From: Amoebidium appalachense
Lineage: Eukaryota > Protista > Ichthyosporea
Assembly: GCA_963693365.1 (NCBI GenBank)
Contig: CAVNZM010000011.1
Location: forward strand, 4,100,639-4,164,638
Reading direction: 5' to 3'
Length of the DNA stretch: 64,000 nt
Numbering within the stretch: position 1 is the first letter of the stretch; each line of letters begins with the position of its first letter. The notes beneath the pieces were generated by a model that worked only from the letters and a program-made list of their open reading frames with translations, was not told the origin of the DNA and did no database searches. Positions 21,226-32,531 of the stretch are shown piece by piece. The translations under genes were made by a program, and so were the position numbers.

Positions 21226-24200
21226 TTATGCCTTGGTGGCCTTCTTGGTGCGCTTGGTCTTGTTGCCGGCCTTCTTGGGCCCAGCCTTCTGGCTCAGCAG
21301 AATCTGGGTCGCGCGCTTGAGGGCGGCGGCCTTGAGGCTTGCGGGAACCTCACCAGCAACGGACCGGAGAACACGGCGGGAACTGTGGGGGGGAGGGGAT
21401 AAGGGGTGAGAAAAAGGGATCGAGGGTGGTTACGTAAGCAAACAGTGACAACGGGGAAAGAGGGGGAGTTTTGACTACGTCCTAAGTACAAAGTACACAT
21501 TCACAACGGACAACGCATTGCGGAAGTTTCAGAACGCAAAATATCTATCACAGACAGAGCCGTCCTCTGAAAGAGAGAAAAGGAGAAAGAGGGGGCGTGT
21601 CCGTGTGTCCATGCCCATGTCCGTGTGTGTGTGTGTTGGAGGGGGAGGGGGGGAGGGCAGACCTCAACCAAGAACAACCAACGAAAGAAAAAGCGGAAAT
21701 GAACCAAAGTCAAAGTCAAACATCGATGGGATAAAGAAGGAAGGAAGTGTTTGACCGTATGATGAATAGACAATGGTTATCCCGTGTCTACGCGAGTGTG
21801 AGGCAAAGGGGTTTAAGAATGTGTACGTCAGTTTCTTTTTCGTGGTGATGCATGGGAAGAAGGTTTATGGTACACGCATGGTGGAAACCGTGAGACACCA
21901 CAAGATTGGAAACGACATCAAGTGCCAGATACAGTGTACACAGTGGACCCTTAACAGAACATAAATCGATGTCTCCCATCCCTCCCCCCTCCACACACAC
22001 ATGCATGCTCTGCCTATGCAGGCATAAGCTGCCACGCCACGTGTACAGCAGACATGCCATGAATAGATAAACAAGAAAGGTTCATCAAAGGCTAAGATGC
22101 GGCAGCAAAAAACGATCATGCTTCCAATACAACGGCAACAGGCCACATAGGAACCCATGATAGAATATGATGTAGAAGGAGTCGTGAATGTGTGGGAACC
22201 GCACTAATGGAACCTAACATCAAAGTTTGTACCATGCGTTGAGCTATGCCACGCCGGGTGAAAGAAGGAAAGGGGAAAGAAACGATCAAGCAAGCAAAGG
22301 AACCGAGCATGGTGCGAATGCTGTCCCCTCCCCTCCCCCCCCCCCCCCACACACACACAAAGGCAACGGCAGCACAAGCTGGTTATCCTTTTGGACCATC
22401 AACACCTAGAATGCATTCCCCCCCCCCCCCCACACACACACACACACATGCACACAGATCTTCCCAGAGTACACATCTCGCACACACACCTACAGTGTCC
22501 CCTCAAACAACCTGAAGACATCAATACGTACATGTTACCCTCTGCCGTTAAGCCCAAAAATCGTAATAGCTTTCAACCATCACACAAACAAACAAAAAAC
22601 GAACAGCCTGCAGTCATCCGAGACTAAACACGGAGTCCAAGCATGCGTGCAGAAACACCCAAAATCTGTGCCAAACCAGGCAACCTCAAATTGACCGAGA
22701 AACGTGCCACCACAACCATCTCATGGCTTTGTGTTTCCACGAACTGCGACAGGTACATCTCCACTTCCCCAAACATCTCCCGCTCATCCCCATCCCCCTC
22801 TCAATCCCTCCACCCCTTGTCCCCCCTCTCTTTTTTCCCACCCACCCACCCACCCTATTCTCATGGAGTTCACAAAACGGTAAAACCCACTAAGTCGCCA
22901 AGAATATCTACCAATCAGAAAAAGGGAAGCACTGCAAGTGGTCCACGGAGCAATGAAAAGGCAGATAAACCCTCTTCAGAAACCCCAAATACGGTGACAC
23001 TCGTACACCCAGCACTACGAAGAGGAAAGGGCTCAAACAGTGTTTACAATCCCCCCAAAATACGCCCCCCACCATTCCGTCCCCAAAAAAGACAATTCAT
23101 CACAACCCCCACGACTACAGCTCTCTCGCACCCACGCCTGTCACTGTACAGCCAGATGACACATCCACACCTGTCCACGCACACGCAGCCTCGACATACC
23201 CTTTCAACACACTTCCCACATTCCCCCAAATTACACGTCCTTCGCCCTTTTTCTCGACCAATACGCCCCTCCCCCCCCCCCCCCCCCCCAAATACACTTC
23301 TTAAACATCTGCCGGATGTGTTTTGCATACACCGTCATCCTCGTTTCTCTCCTCTTCCCGCCCCTCACACAACGGCAAGCATCCCCCCACAAACCACACA
23401 CACTTCTCCCTTTTTGCACAACACGTTCTCCACTCCTCCCTCTCCCGACAGAAAACCCCTACCCCACTTCCTTTACTCCTACACATAAGATCCTGCCACA
23501 CACACCTTTCCCAACCCTCCTGCCCTCCCCAGCAACCTTCCCCCCAAAACACACCCACACACACACATACCCGTTCTTGGCGTTAAGGGTGACGGTGCGG
23601 AAGGCCTTCTTGGGCTTGGCGATGGGTGCCTTGGTGCGCACCGACAGAACAATGCCCTTCTCGGCGGCAGTGATGCCAGCCGCCTGTGCACGTGTGTGTG
23701 TACATGTGCGCGTGTGTATGTCGGGCGTGTGTGTGTGTGTGTGTGTGTGTGCATGTACATCTAAGTGTGCTGCAAAAGTGCTCATGGCATGTCCACCATG
23801 TGCATGCATCTGTAACTGTGTGCTTGCATAAAGTAGGAGCGCAAATCGTCGAGATGGGGGAACACGAGAAAGTGGAAGTCGAAAGTGGAGATTTTGATTA
23901 TGGTTAGCAAACAGACCATCATCCGACACCGCGCACTTCCCAATGCCAGCAGGACGAGTCAGTGAGTGGTATAGTGTGCATCAAGTTGCTCAGGAGCAGA
24001 ACTGAAATTTCACATCACGTCGTCCCGAAGACTTCCGTCACCTTGGTTGATTTTGAAACAATATGCTAAACATAAAACAGAGACCCACACACCAGCAGGC
24101 CGTGAGATATGCCTGCAAATGGCTCTTGCATCTGCACTGTTGCATGGGGCAGGTGTGCAGCAACACAAGTAAATAATCGTAGTCAAGCATCTACAAACAC

Positions 24201-24695
24201 GACAAAGTGCGCGCGCGCGCGCGTGTGTGTGTGTATCCGTACTAGTTGGCGCTTGCTCACAAAAGCCCATGGAGTGTACAGACACATGCAGTGATTGTTT
24301 TGAGTTGTTCACAGTATACACATACGAGCAACACCCGTTTACAGCATCCACACCATCACAATGGTCTAGCCACCGGCGCAATCTGGGGCACATTAGCATA
24401 CGAACACACACGAGCAACATACACAGTATTCACACAACAATAACCTCTCCACGGGAACACAGAGGGAGCAGTCGCAGACGCACCCTCTCACGCGTGCACA
24501 GGCACATACTGTGCACACACACACACAAACACCCACACACGCGCACGCACACACCTTCTTGTTGACAAGGCCGCTGTACTTGCGGGCATTCAACTGGGTG
24601 AGGTTGTTGGGCTCACGGGTGAGGACCAGGCCGTTCCTCTTGACGAGGAACGAGCTCTGGCTCTTAACCACCTCCCACTGCAGATCGGCCGACAT
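21226..24695 (-). CDS. RPL28: 60S ribosomal protein L28 (eL28), 3 coding exons (24555-24695, 23571-23683, 21226-21382), 136 aa
   Basis: MSADLQWEVVKSQSSFLVKRNGLVLTREPNNLTQLNARKYSGLVNKK/AAGITAAEKGIVLSVRTK...KPKKAFRTVTL/...LKAAALKRATQILLSQK. Intact frame, GT-AG introns. Confidence 0.96.
23952..24025 (-). ncRNA. SNORD38: Intronic box C/D snoRNA, SNORD38/snR61-like
   Basis: Minus strand: GGACGA stem, C box GTGATGT, guide CAGTTCTGCT, D' CTGA, C'-like TTGATGC, D box CTGA, closing TCGTCC. The guide is complementary to the conserved LSU rRNA sequence AGCAGAACUG; the D'+5 rule points to the adenosine methylated via U38/snR61. Lies in a ribosomal-protein intron. Confidence 0.85.
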
Positions 24696-24765
24696 GGTAG
24701 GTGTCTCTGCAAGGCCCCCCGTCAGACACACTCATACCCTCCCCGTGGTGATCTGAAAGGTCAGC
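24696..24765 (-). promoter_or_regulatory. RPL28 putative TCT/5'TOP-like start (CCTTTC) and candidate 31-nt 5'UTR intron (24707-24737)
   Basis: Minus strand cctttcagatcaccacggggagg|GTATGAgtgtgtCTGACggggggccttgCAG|agacacctaccATG. Confidence 0.5.
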
Positions 24766-26481
24766 CAACGAATCTCTAGCATACAAAATTACTATCGATC
24801 AGTGAGAAATTCGTTATGCTGGGGAGTATTAGGGTACGAGTCCCGTTCCTTTGCTCCGCCGTAAAAGTTTGGCAAAGTACATACTCAGACCTGTGTCCGC
24901 ACCTACAGATCGACCAGTGTACTGCGTGAAATGCCCAATTACATCCCACCCATGAGTTCTGAGTCTTTCCGCTGCCTCGTTCCAAACAAGGCCTTAAAAT
25001 CCTGCATAAAAGCCGAACATGTATGTGCTGAACCAGGAGGAATATATCCTGCTCAGTTGACTGTGTCCAGGAATCATGTCACCTCACTGCCAGCTCTTAG
25101 GATTCGTGCACTGCAAAAGCCTATGAAGTCTTAAGTTGACTTATTGACCACTTCAGGGGTAACACCCCAATATATGTGGCCGTGTAAACGTATAGATTGT
25201 GATGTTCCGGCCTAAACCGAGTCTGATCTCCCTCCCCTCAGAGCTCACTATAATATACGGCCCGTCGCTGGTCCCGGTTGTGTCGAATAATCGTACGTGT
25301 GTAGAAACCTGGGTCACTTCACCGACACTAAAACATATCTGTTATGCTGCCTTATGCTTTCGAGCTGTGTCCGTTCCTCCCCTGATGTGCCAACTGCATG
25401 ATCGAACCAGTGTGTAACTGCTGTAACCACTATGATTGATGGATGGATGATGTTTGAATTCATCGCTCGATCTCCGGGGTTCTTTTCCAAGTTCAACATG
25501 TCGAGGCGTGGGAAAAGCACGCTTGGTAATGGAAACATGTTTCTACACTACATATCCACAACATCACTTTACAAGTTGCTAGGTTCTATGTAGCAAGGGT
25601 ACGTACATAGAAGCCCCCAGGAAAAGAGACTGCTGCCGGAGACGAAGTCACGATATGACCCCTGTCAGATCGGATCGGAGAGAGATCCGTGACGTCATCA
25701 GATGCCATGTGGATGTAGCGCAACACGTGACCTCTTGGTCAGTCTTGCGCAAATTAGGTATCCGGGGCTTGAAATGAAGTTTTGAAGAAATTGTGGAGGG
25801 CTTGAAATAACGGAGCCTGTACAAGATGGCAACCAAGGAGGGGCTAGGGGAAATGTGGTGCAATCTCATGTTCAGGTTGAAAGGAAAGGGCTACATCTAA
25901 AATAAAGCTATAATATTCAGCTCAATGTGTGTATCTTGCATAGGGCTTTATTTGCACGCGCATTTTCAGTAGTATAGGCAGTAACTGCTGTTTGGCCTCC
26001 GCCATCGACATTATGGCTGAGAGTTGCATAGACGATTTCCTGATAATAGTGGCACCTGGCCTTGGAGAAAACCTTCCGAAGGCGTGGATTGCAAATCTTG
26101 AAAGGTATGCAAAAGATATGCAGCTCTGAGACGGAAACTCGAGTGAATCCTTTGCTTCTGCTTCAGCACACCACACACACACACACACACATACACACTT
26201 GCTCACACACGCTTGCACATACCCATAAGTGCAAATGCACACACACGCAATGCACACGCACACAAGCGCAAACACACGCACGCACAATCACGGACACACA
26301 AGACACACACACTCACACACACGGTGGCACACCCATACCTCGCGTCACAAACACACATACATGCAGCCATGCACGCACATCAGGTGTGGCAAGGAAGAGG
26401 GAGAGGTGAGGGGGCGAAGGGGAGGGAGGGGGGAGGGGGGAGAGATGTAGAGAGAGAAAGAGAGAGAGGGAGAGAGAGGGA

Positions 26482-26513
<32 letters not shown>

Positions 26514-26605
26514 AGGGGGCGGGGGCGGGGGAGAGAGGGGAGAGAGGGGGAGGGGGAGGGAGATAAGAGGGGAGGAGAGGGGGGGGGGGGGGGGGGGGGG
26601 GGGGG

Positions 26606-26650
<45 letters not shown>

Positions 26651-27855
26651 GAGAGACAGAGAGGGAAAGGGTTAAAGGGGGGGTTAAGGGAGGGGATAGA
26701 AGGCCCAATATGTTTCGCCGTATAAAGGGTCCCCGGAAGCTTATCCCTTAGTAATGTACGCAGAGCTGAGCTGCACTTTGAGGCAAAGCGCAAGGGTTGT
26801 GCCCTGAAAAAACGTGCCGCCTGAAAGTTAGCACAATAAGGCTGGCCGTCGGCCAAGTTTGCGGTTCACCATGATATACATGGTGCTGTGCATGCGCCAT
26901 TCAACGTGACAGTGCTGCAGCCAGAGCCAAAGATTTCCGAGCATAAGTTGGCACTTAGCTCCAGCTGGAATCGTGCTGCAGGCAGTTCCCAGTCTCTGAA
27001 GCAAGGCCACTGGGGTAGTTTTGTTCACGTTTCAGGCTACGGCAGTGTCCCCCCCCTTAGGCAAACTTTGTGATGGGCTTGACCAGTTGACCTCATCTGG
27101 GATGGCCAGTGTGAATGTCAAGATCCAGTGGTTGAATTACGACTCATAATCATCGTATTTACGATTAAGCCCAGGGGGTCAATACGAGTAGCTCTGCGAG
27201 ATGCTGTATTAGTTTCTCGTAGCAGTAAAATAGACCAAAAGAGTGTATTTTGGTGTGTTTTCATACAAAAATTGGTGTTTTCCCAGGTAAAAGGTGGTCA
27301 GGTGGTTATTTTTGGCACATAACATTAGCCTCTGCCTATGTCTGCTGCAATCACGGCCGTGCCCCCGTGGCAGAACGTTAACAGTGTCTGTCTTTCCAGA
27401 GGGGAATACGAAGCCCTGTTTTGTCTATCGGGGTGTGTAATTGCTAAGGGAGTACAATATTAATCGAAAAAGTTGTAAACATTAAAACTATTGGGGCTCT
27501 ATACCGGTCATAAGTGAGACGAACCCCGCCATTACGATTTGCAAATTCTGACATTAAGATTGCATTTAAGGTAAAACGGGTAGTGCAGCCAAAACCCCAC
27601 AAACCCTGTTAAGATCTTTCGTTTGATTGGTGTTCCGTGCATCACAAAGAATGTTGCCGAATGCTCGGCCGATCACTCGGTCATCCTCTAGATCTGTGCG
27701 GCGGCCGGTGCACTCATGTGCAAGCTTACAGAAGGAAACGCAGAAGCACATGGACATACTCTAGCCATGTATACAAGGCAAACTATACCCTTCACAAACC
27801 ATGAGAAACCTAGGCCCCTGCAATGGCGTCCCTGCCTTGCCTGGAAAAAGAATCT

Positions 27856-27915
27856 GATTCAGTCGCACACATCGATTCAGTCGCACACATCGATTCAGTC
27901 GCACACATCGATTCA
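27856..27915. repeat. 18-bp tandem repeat (gattcagtcgcacacatc) x3.3 just upstream of the LINE
   Basis: Three exact units plus a partial one. Confidence 0.95.
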
Positions 27916-28020
27916 AATGTCGCTCTTTATTATCTGCTAATAAATAGTATCCTTCGCGCATCCACCCCTAAACCAGGCCATCCGTGGCCCTAAGGGCCGG
28001 GGAACACCCCCATCCATGTC

Positions 28021-29205
28021 ATGGCACATGCCTATAATCGTTTCAGAACCTCTTTCAAAGTTCCATCTACACCCATCACACATGTGCGACCATTAAAACG
28101 TCCAGCAGATACACCTACCACAGATGCACAACCAGAAAAACATCGCCTTAGACTAAGCGCAACACCTATTTACAATACACTACCCATTCAGAATAACACC
28201 ACACCACTCCGTAGAAACACAATAACAACCATGCCGAAACTTTCGGTTGATACAGTACTGGCAGAACTTGCCCTCGTTAAGAAACAGCTAAATGAGCTGT
28301 TACCACTCAAGAACATGATAGAAAAACTCCAAACAGAAAATACCCAACTCAAGCTCACCATTGATTCACTCACAGCCCAGCTAAACATTAGTGGATCGCA
28401 AAACCCCAAAACTCATGAGCAAACATCTCGCGACGGAGACATTTCCACCCCAACACAAAACAACACAGGACCGGAAGCACAGCTCCCGGCAGAGTTCCTA
28501 GAATATGCGAACTCTCGTAAAACACCCGAGCTCCGCCAAATTGCCAAGGAAACATATGCCAGCATTCTTGCAGGCAACGAGTACCGCCGCAACTCCCCTC
28601 CCAAACCGCCGGCTAAGGGGAACACCCAAGCAAACGGTAACATCAACATCCCACCCAAATACGAGAGGGTGTATTTCAAAGTCAAGCACGGCAGACGCCC
28701 ACACAGGGCCATGTGGTCCATCTTCAAGGCTCTCGGCTTCCGGTGCTCTCGCATCCTTTGTCTGTCCTTCATTGGATACGATGTGCTGGAAGTAGCAGTA
28801 CGGGGCGACTATAACCGTGCGTTCATCCGTGACGCGACAAAGGGGTGTGGAAGCTTCTTCACCCACCTCCCAAGCTACGACCCATGCGCGCCGGAAAACA
28901 TTCAGAAAGCAGACAAAGAACGTAAAGTGTCTGCTAAGAATGCGTGCGCCACACGTTGTCGTGTACGCATCAGCAAGGCAAAAGAGTTCCTCGCAAAGTT
29001 GGAAAACGATGCTACGAGCGTGATAGACACGGACACGAAGGAACCAATGTTTTCTGGTGAGAAACTGCTCGAGCGCAAACGCCGATGCGAGATGGAAATC
29101 GAGCTCTTCTGCGAACTGTTCGCGCTGGCGGAAGGTCGTGCATACGACCCCGTAAGCGACAAGTGGGAACCAACCCCACAGGTGTCGGACCAAACCGATG
29201 CCTAA
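28021..29205 (+). CDS. LINE ORF1 (coiled coil plus putative RNA-binding domain), 394 aa
   Basis: Heptad region LAELALVKKQLNELLPLKNMIEKLQTENTQLKLTIDSL; ALGFRCSRILCLSFIGYDVLEV...LPSYDP block; overlaps the ORF2 start by 8 nt (ATGCCTAA). Confidence 0.85.
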   Translation: MAHAYNRFRTSFKVPSTPITHVRPLKRPADTPTTDAQPEKHRLRLSATPIYNTLPIQNNTTPLRRNTITTMPKLSVDTVLAELALVKKQLNELLPLKNMIEKLQTENTQLKLTIDSLTAQLNISGSQNPKTHEQTSRDGDISTPTQNNTGPEAQLPAEFLEYANSRKTPELRQIAKETYASILAGNEYRRNSPPKPPAKGNTQANGNINIPPKYERVYFKVKHGRRPHRAMWSIFKALGFRCSRILCLSFIGYDVLEVAVRGDYNRAFIRDATKGCGSFFTHLPSYDPCAPENIQKADKERKVSAKNACATRCRVRISKAKEFLAKLENDATSVIDTDTKEPMFSGEKLLERKRRCEMEIELFCELFALAEGRAYDPVSDKWEPTPQVSDQTDA

Positions 29206-32200
29206 TTTATCCTTCTTCTTCTGGAATGCTCGGACACTGGGCCCCCAAAAGGGCCTCCCCCCCGGGACACTCGACGATAAAATCAGCTACATACAACAAC
29301 AGACAAACAACCACACGTTTACAGTGATTTGCGAAACACAGTTTAAAAACCACCACAAATTCAACTCTACATTGGTCGACACATCCACACACCCCGGTTA
29401 CGCGAAAAACCGAGGCATTATTGTACTTGCCGCACCACACGTGAGAGTGAAGTGCAAACCGGTAGCAAAAACGGAATTCTCGGTTTCTATAGAGTTTCTT
29501 TCTAATGTTTTTACTTTTGTATATTACCCACCATCTATGTCGGTTGTCGAATTGACTCACGAGTTGTCACAGTTACCAATGTCCACTGTTATTTTAGGTG
29601 ATTTTAACACGCGACTCCACCACACAGACACACTGCAAGTGAGTGTCGGGTACCCATCTAAGCCCCCGGAGCGTGCTATCCCTTTAGCAAGGTATGTCCA
29701 AAGTCACACTTTGCGGTTCCCTCAAATATCCCATGCCCACAACACCGACTGGGGAGTGGCCTTTTGGCCATCAACCATGTCAAAACTCTCTCTCCCTCCT
29801 AACCTCTCTAGGTCATCTGACCACTCTCCTATCCTTTTCCTACCTAAGATCTCCCTTGATCTGCTCCCCCCTCCCCCTCCCACCTTTCGCCTCCGTCTAT
29901 CCCAGCTTAAGTCACAGTGGGGTAGAGTTGATGTATGTGTATGCTATGCTACGAAACACCCTATATATATGCGCCTATTAGAATCTGCACAAGCCAGGCC
30001 AGATTCACATCTCGTACTAGATACATGCACTAACTTTATTGTTGATGATTTGATAGATCTCGGTGATTATGCTGGCGGTGGTAGGAAGGAATATCCCGAT
30101 GCTCTCTTGTTACCAAACACCACTCCCGCTAGACTAGGTGAACCCCTGTCTCAAAAGGAAAGCTTGCGCCGGCTTGCTAGTATGAATCGATTTGGCCCCC
30201 CTGCTCGTATTATTGGTGATACCACTGGAGACCCCCTCATAGACTCTGATAAGTATTTCTCGGAACTGTTTAAAGATAGGACCCCCGCTCAGAAACCTAT
30301 TGTGTGGCCTGTAGACCCATCTATCCCCATAGAATCGATCCTCCCCTTTTTCAGTCCCGATGCCATATGGTCTGTGATATCTAGTTATAGCTCTAGTAAG
30401 TCTTGTGGACCTGATGGACTCCCTGCTGGGTTTCTTAAAATCCTTGTTCCCTCCTACCCACAAAAGGAAAGTGATCGTGCTATTAAACCTGATCTTACTA
30501 TCATGTTAAGCTCTCTCTTTTCTTGGTGTGTTAAATGTGGACATGTCCCGTCATCTTGGTTAGATACCTTAGTGATCCCCATAGTTAAGAAGGACTCTGA
30601 GGGCCCCATATCATCCTTTCGCCCCATTACACTAACCCAGGTTGTTCGTAGATTCTTTGAAGCTTGCTTACTTAGGTTATTTGCACATCACCCTAGGTTT
30701 CAATCTATTCTTCACATACACCCATGCCAATCCGCTTTTCGTAAAAACAATTCATGTATGTTCAAATAATGGCACTGCACGATTCTATGCAAGTTGGTGC
30801 ACAATATGTTGGCTTTATTGATTGGAAAACTGCTTACGATTCTGTCTCCCCTGGTCTCCTATGGGAAAAGCTTGCTGCACGGGGTGTACCACACTGCATT
30901 GGTGTTCTGTTAGAAGCACTCTTGTCTCAAACCTATGGTAGAGCTGTGGTTAATGGGCATCTTTCATATGGTTTTGCTCGTACTAGAGGTCTCTTGCAGG
31001 GTTCATTGCTTAGCCCCTTTTTGTTTAACCTATTTATAGATGATTTGGCTGTCAAGATTTACGCCGAAAACGATGACCCTATTAATAACTTTCCGCCTGC
31101 ACTTCTCTATGCTGATGATCTGTCCCTCCTTGCCCGTACCCCTAGACGCCTGCAAAGATTGTTCGATGTAGTGTCAGAGTGGTGCAAGGCAAACCTTATG
31201 ATCCTTAACATAGACAAATGTGGTGTTCTTGTACCTGATATAGCTAACAATTTACACACATTTACATTATCATCTAAACCTGTACCTATAGTTCCAGAAT
31301 ACAAATATCTTGGTGTTCCGGTTGATTCTGTTGGTGTTATGTTTCCCCATATGGTCGAAAAGAGGGTAGAGTTGGCTCGTAAGCGGTTAGCTTTCTTCTC
31401 GGCTAATATTTTTAAAGACACACCCCTCCATCCTTCTATTAGACTTACATTTATTCGCACTTTTGTCTTCCCGGCATGTGAATATGGTTTACCCCTTCTC
31501 GCCGCTTGGATCAAGAAAGAGAGAACTAGAGCGCTTAAACCCTTGGCAAATTTCCTTGAAGCAGAAGTTGCCTCCTTTCTATCTAACAACTGTTGTAAAC
31601 CTGGGCCTGTAACGCTCTCGATATATGGTCTGGTCCCAATAGCTGCTAGAGTATCCTATCTCGCGCTGAAAGTCAATAAGCACATAAGCCGCTTAAAGAA
31701 GTATTTGCCCTCCCACCCTCTCTTCTCTATCCGACCTGTCCCCTCCTCACCTCTCCCCTCTTTCCTCCCCTCTCTCTCCCCTTCTCCCCTGGGCACAAAT
31801 ACAAATAAACCCCGCAATAGTGTGTGTGTGACTTTGGACTGCCACTTACTTATTAAACATGTACACAATCACAAGATAATCACGCAATATAACAAATGGA
31901 AAAAGATACCACACGACACTAGACCCGATGAAAGCATACACCTTGAAAAACTAAGCCTTATGTCTCGTTTTATATATACTGACCGCCTCAACCATATTGC
32001 CAAATATGGCACTCGCAAGTGTATAACACCTAAATACATATTACCTTCCTGTAGAACTGGTCTTTCTCTAGCTGATGGTATTATTGATCAATTACCACGC
32101 TTTTACTGTACACGTGCTATACAGTGGAGATCTAATAAGTATAAGGTGGCATCATTTGCATGCCCAAACAACACACACACACACCAGTTTAACCGGTCAT

Positions 32201-32391
32201 GTATCGCCAAATGTAGTTTGATAGACCACATAATACCGCAACACACACACGTCACATTCACAACAGACACCCAGAAAGATAGCCTACCTGTAAATTACAA
32301 CATCCTTGATTTTATACTAAACACGCGTAACTACGACCTGTTTATTAGATGTATTGATTGGCTTGAGAAACACATCACTACAAAATTATAG
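29198..32391 (+). CDS. LINE ORF2: APE endonuclease + reverse transcriptase, split by a 1-nt deletion near 30757
   Basis: APE motifs FWNART, ICET, YYPP, ILGDFN, SDH. RT motifs GPDG, FRPITL, QSAFR, FIDWKTAYDSV, GLLQGSLLSPFLFNLFIDDL, LYADD, YKYLG. C-terminal CP..H..FNR.C. Restoring one base (TGT TAT GTT) joins the two listed ORFs. Confidence 0.93.
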
Positions 32392-32411
32392 CGCACGTGC
32401 ACACACACACA

Positions 32412-32466
<55 letters not shown>

Positions 32467-32498
32467 CCAGCTGATACCGAGTGTCCCGAGGGGAGCCC

Positions 32499-32531
<33 letters not shown>

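Larger units (their letters stand above)
28006..32530 (+). mobile_element. Near-full-length non-LTR retrotransposon (LINE), two ORFs, (CA)n 3'UTR, A28 tail, candidate 8-bp TSD CGGGGAAC
   Basis: ORF1 plus APE-RT ORF2; poly-A at 32503-32530; CGGGGAAC at 27998-28005 and 32531-32538. The 5' boundary depends on the TSD call. Confidence 0.9.

Noticed and set aside
22643-23488. 281-aa plus-strand ORF inside RPL28 intron 2
   Set aside because: Antisense to RPL28, P/H/T/S-biased by C/A-rich composition, no domain motif.
26700-27130. Coding-looking minus-strand segment (…LADGQPYCANFQAARFFRAQPLRF…)
   Set aside because: Stops in all frames and no recognisable motif; possibly a gene relic but not supportable.
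27856-27915. Tandem repeats (also 4774-4900, 9715-9990) as CRISPR-like arrays
   Set aside because: No unique spacers, no cas genes, eukaryotic context.
27940-28020. HDV-like ribozyme at the LINE 5' end, and hammerhead near CTGATA at 32471
   Set aside because: Only short hairpins are present; I could not build the HDV nested pseudoknot or the CUGAUGA/GAAA hammerhead core.
31701-31820. 120-nt in-frame GT...AG C-rich segment in LINE ORF2 as an intron
   Set aside because: Weak donor, the frame is open anyway, LPSHPL looks coding, and a spliced intron would be lost on retrotransposition. More likely a low-complexity linker.
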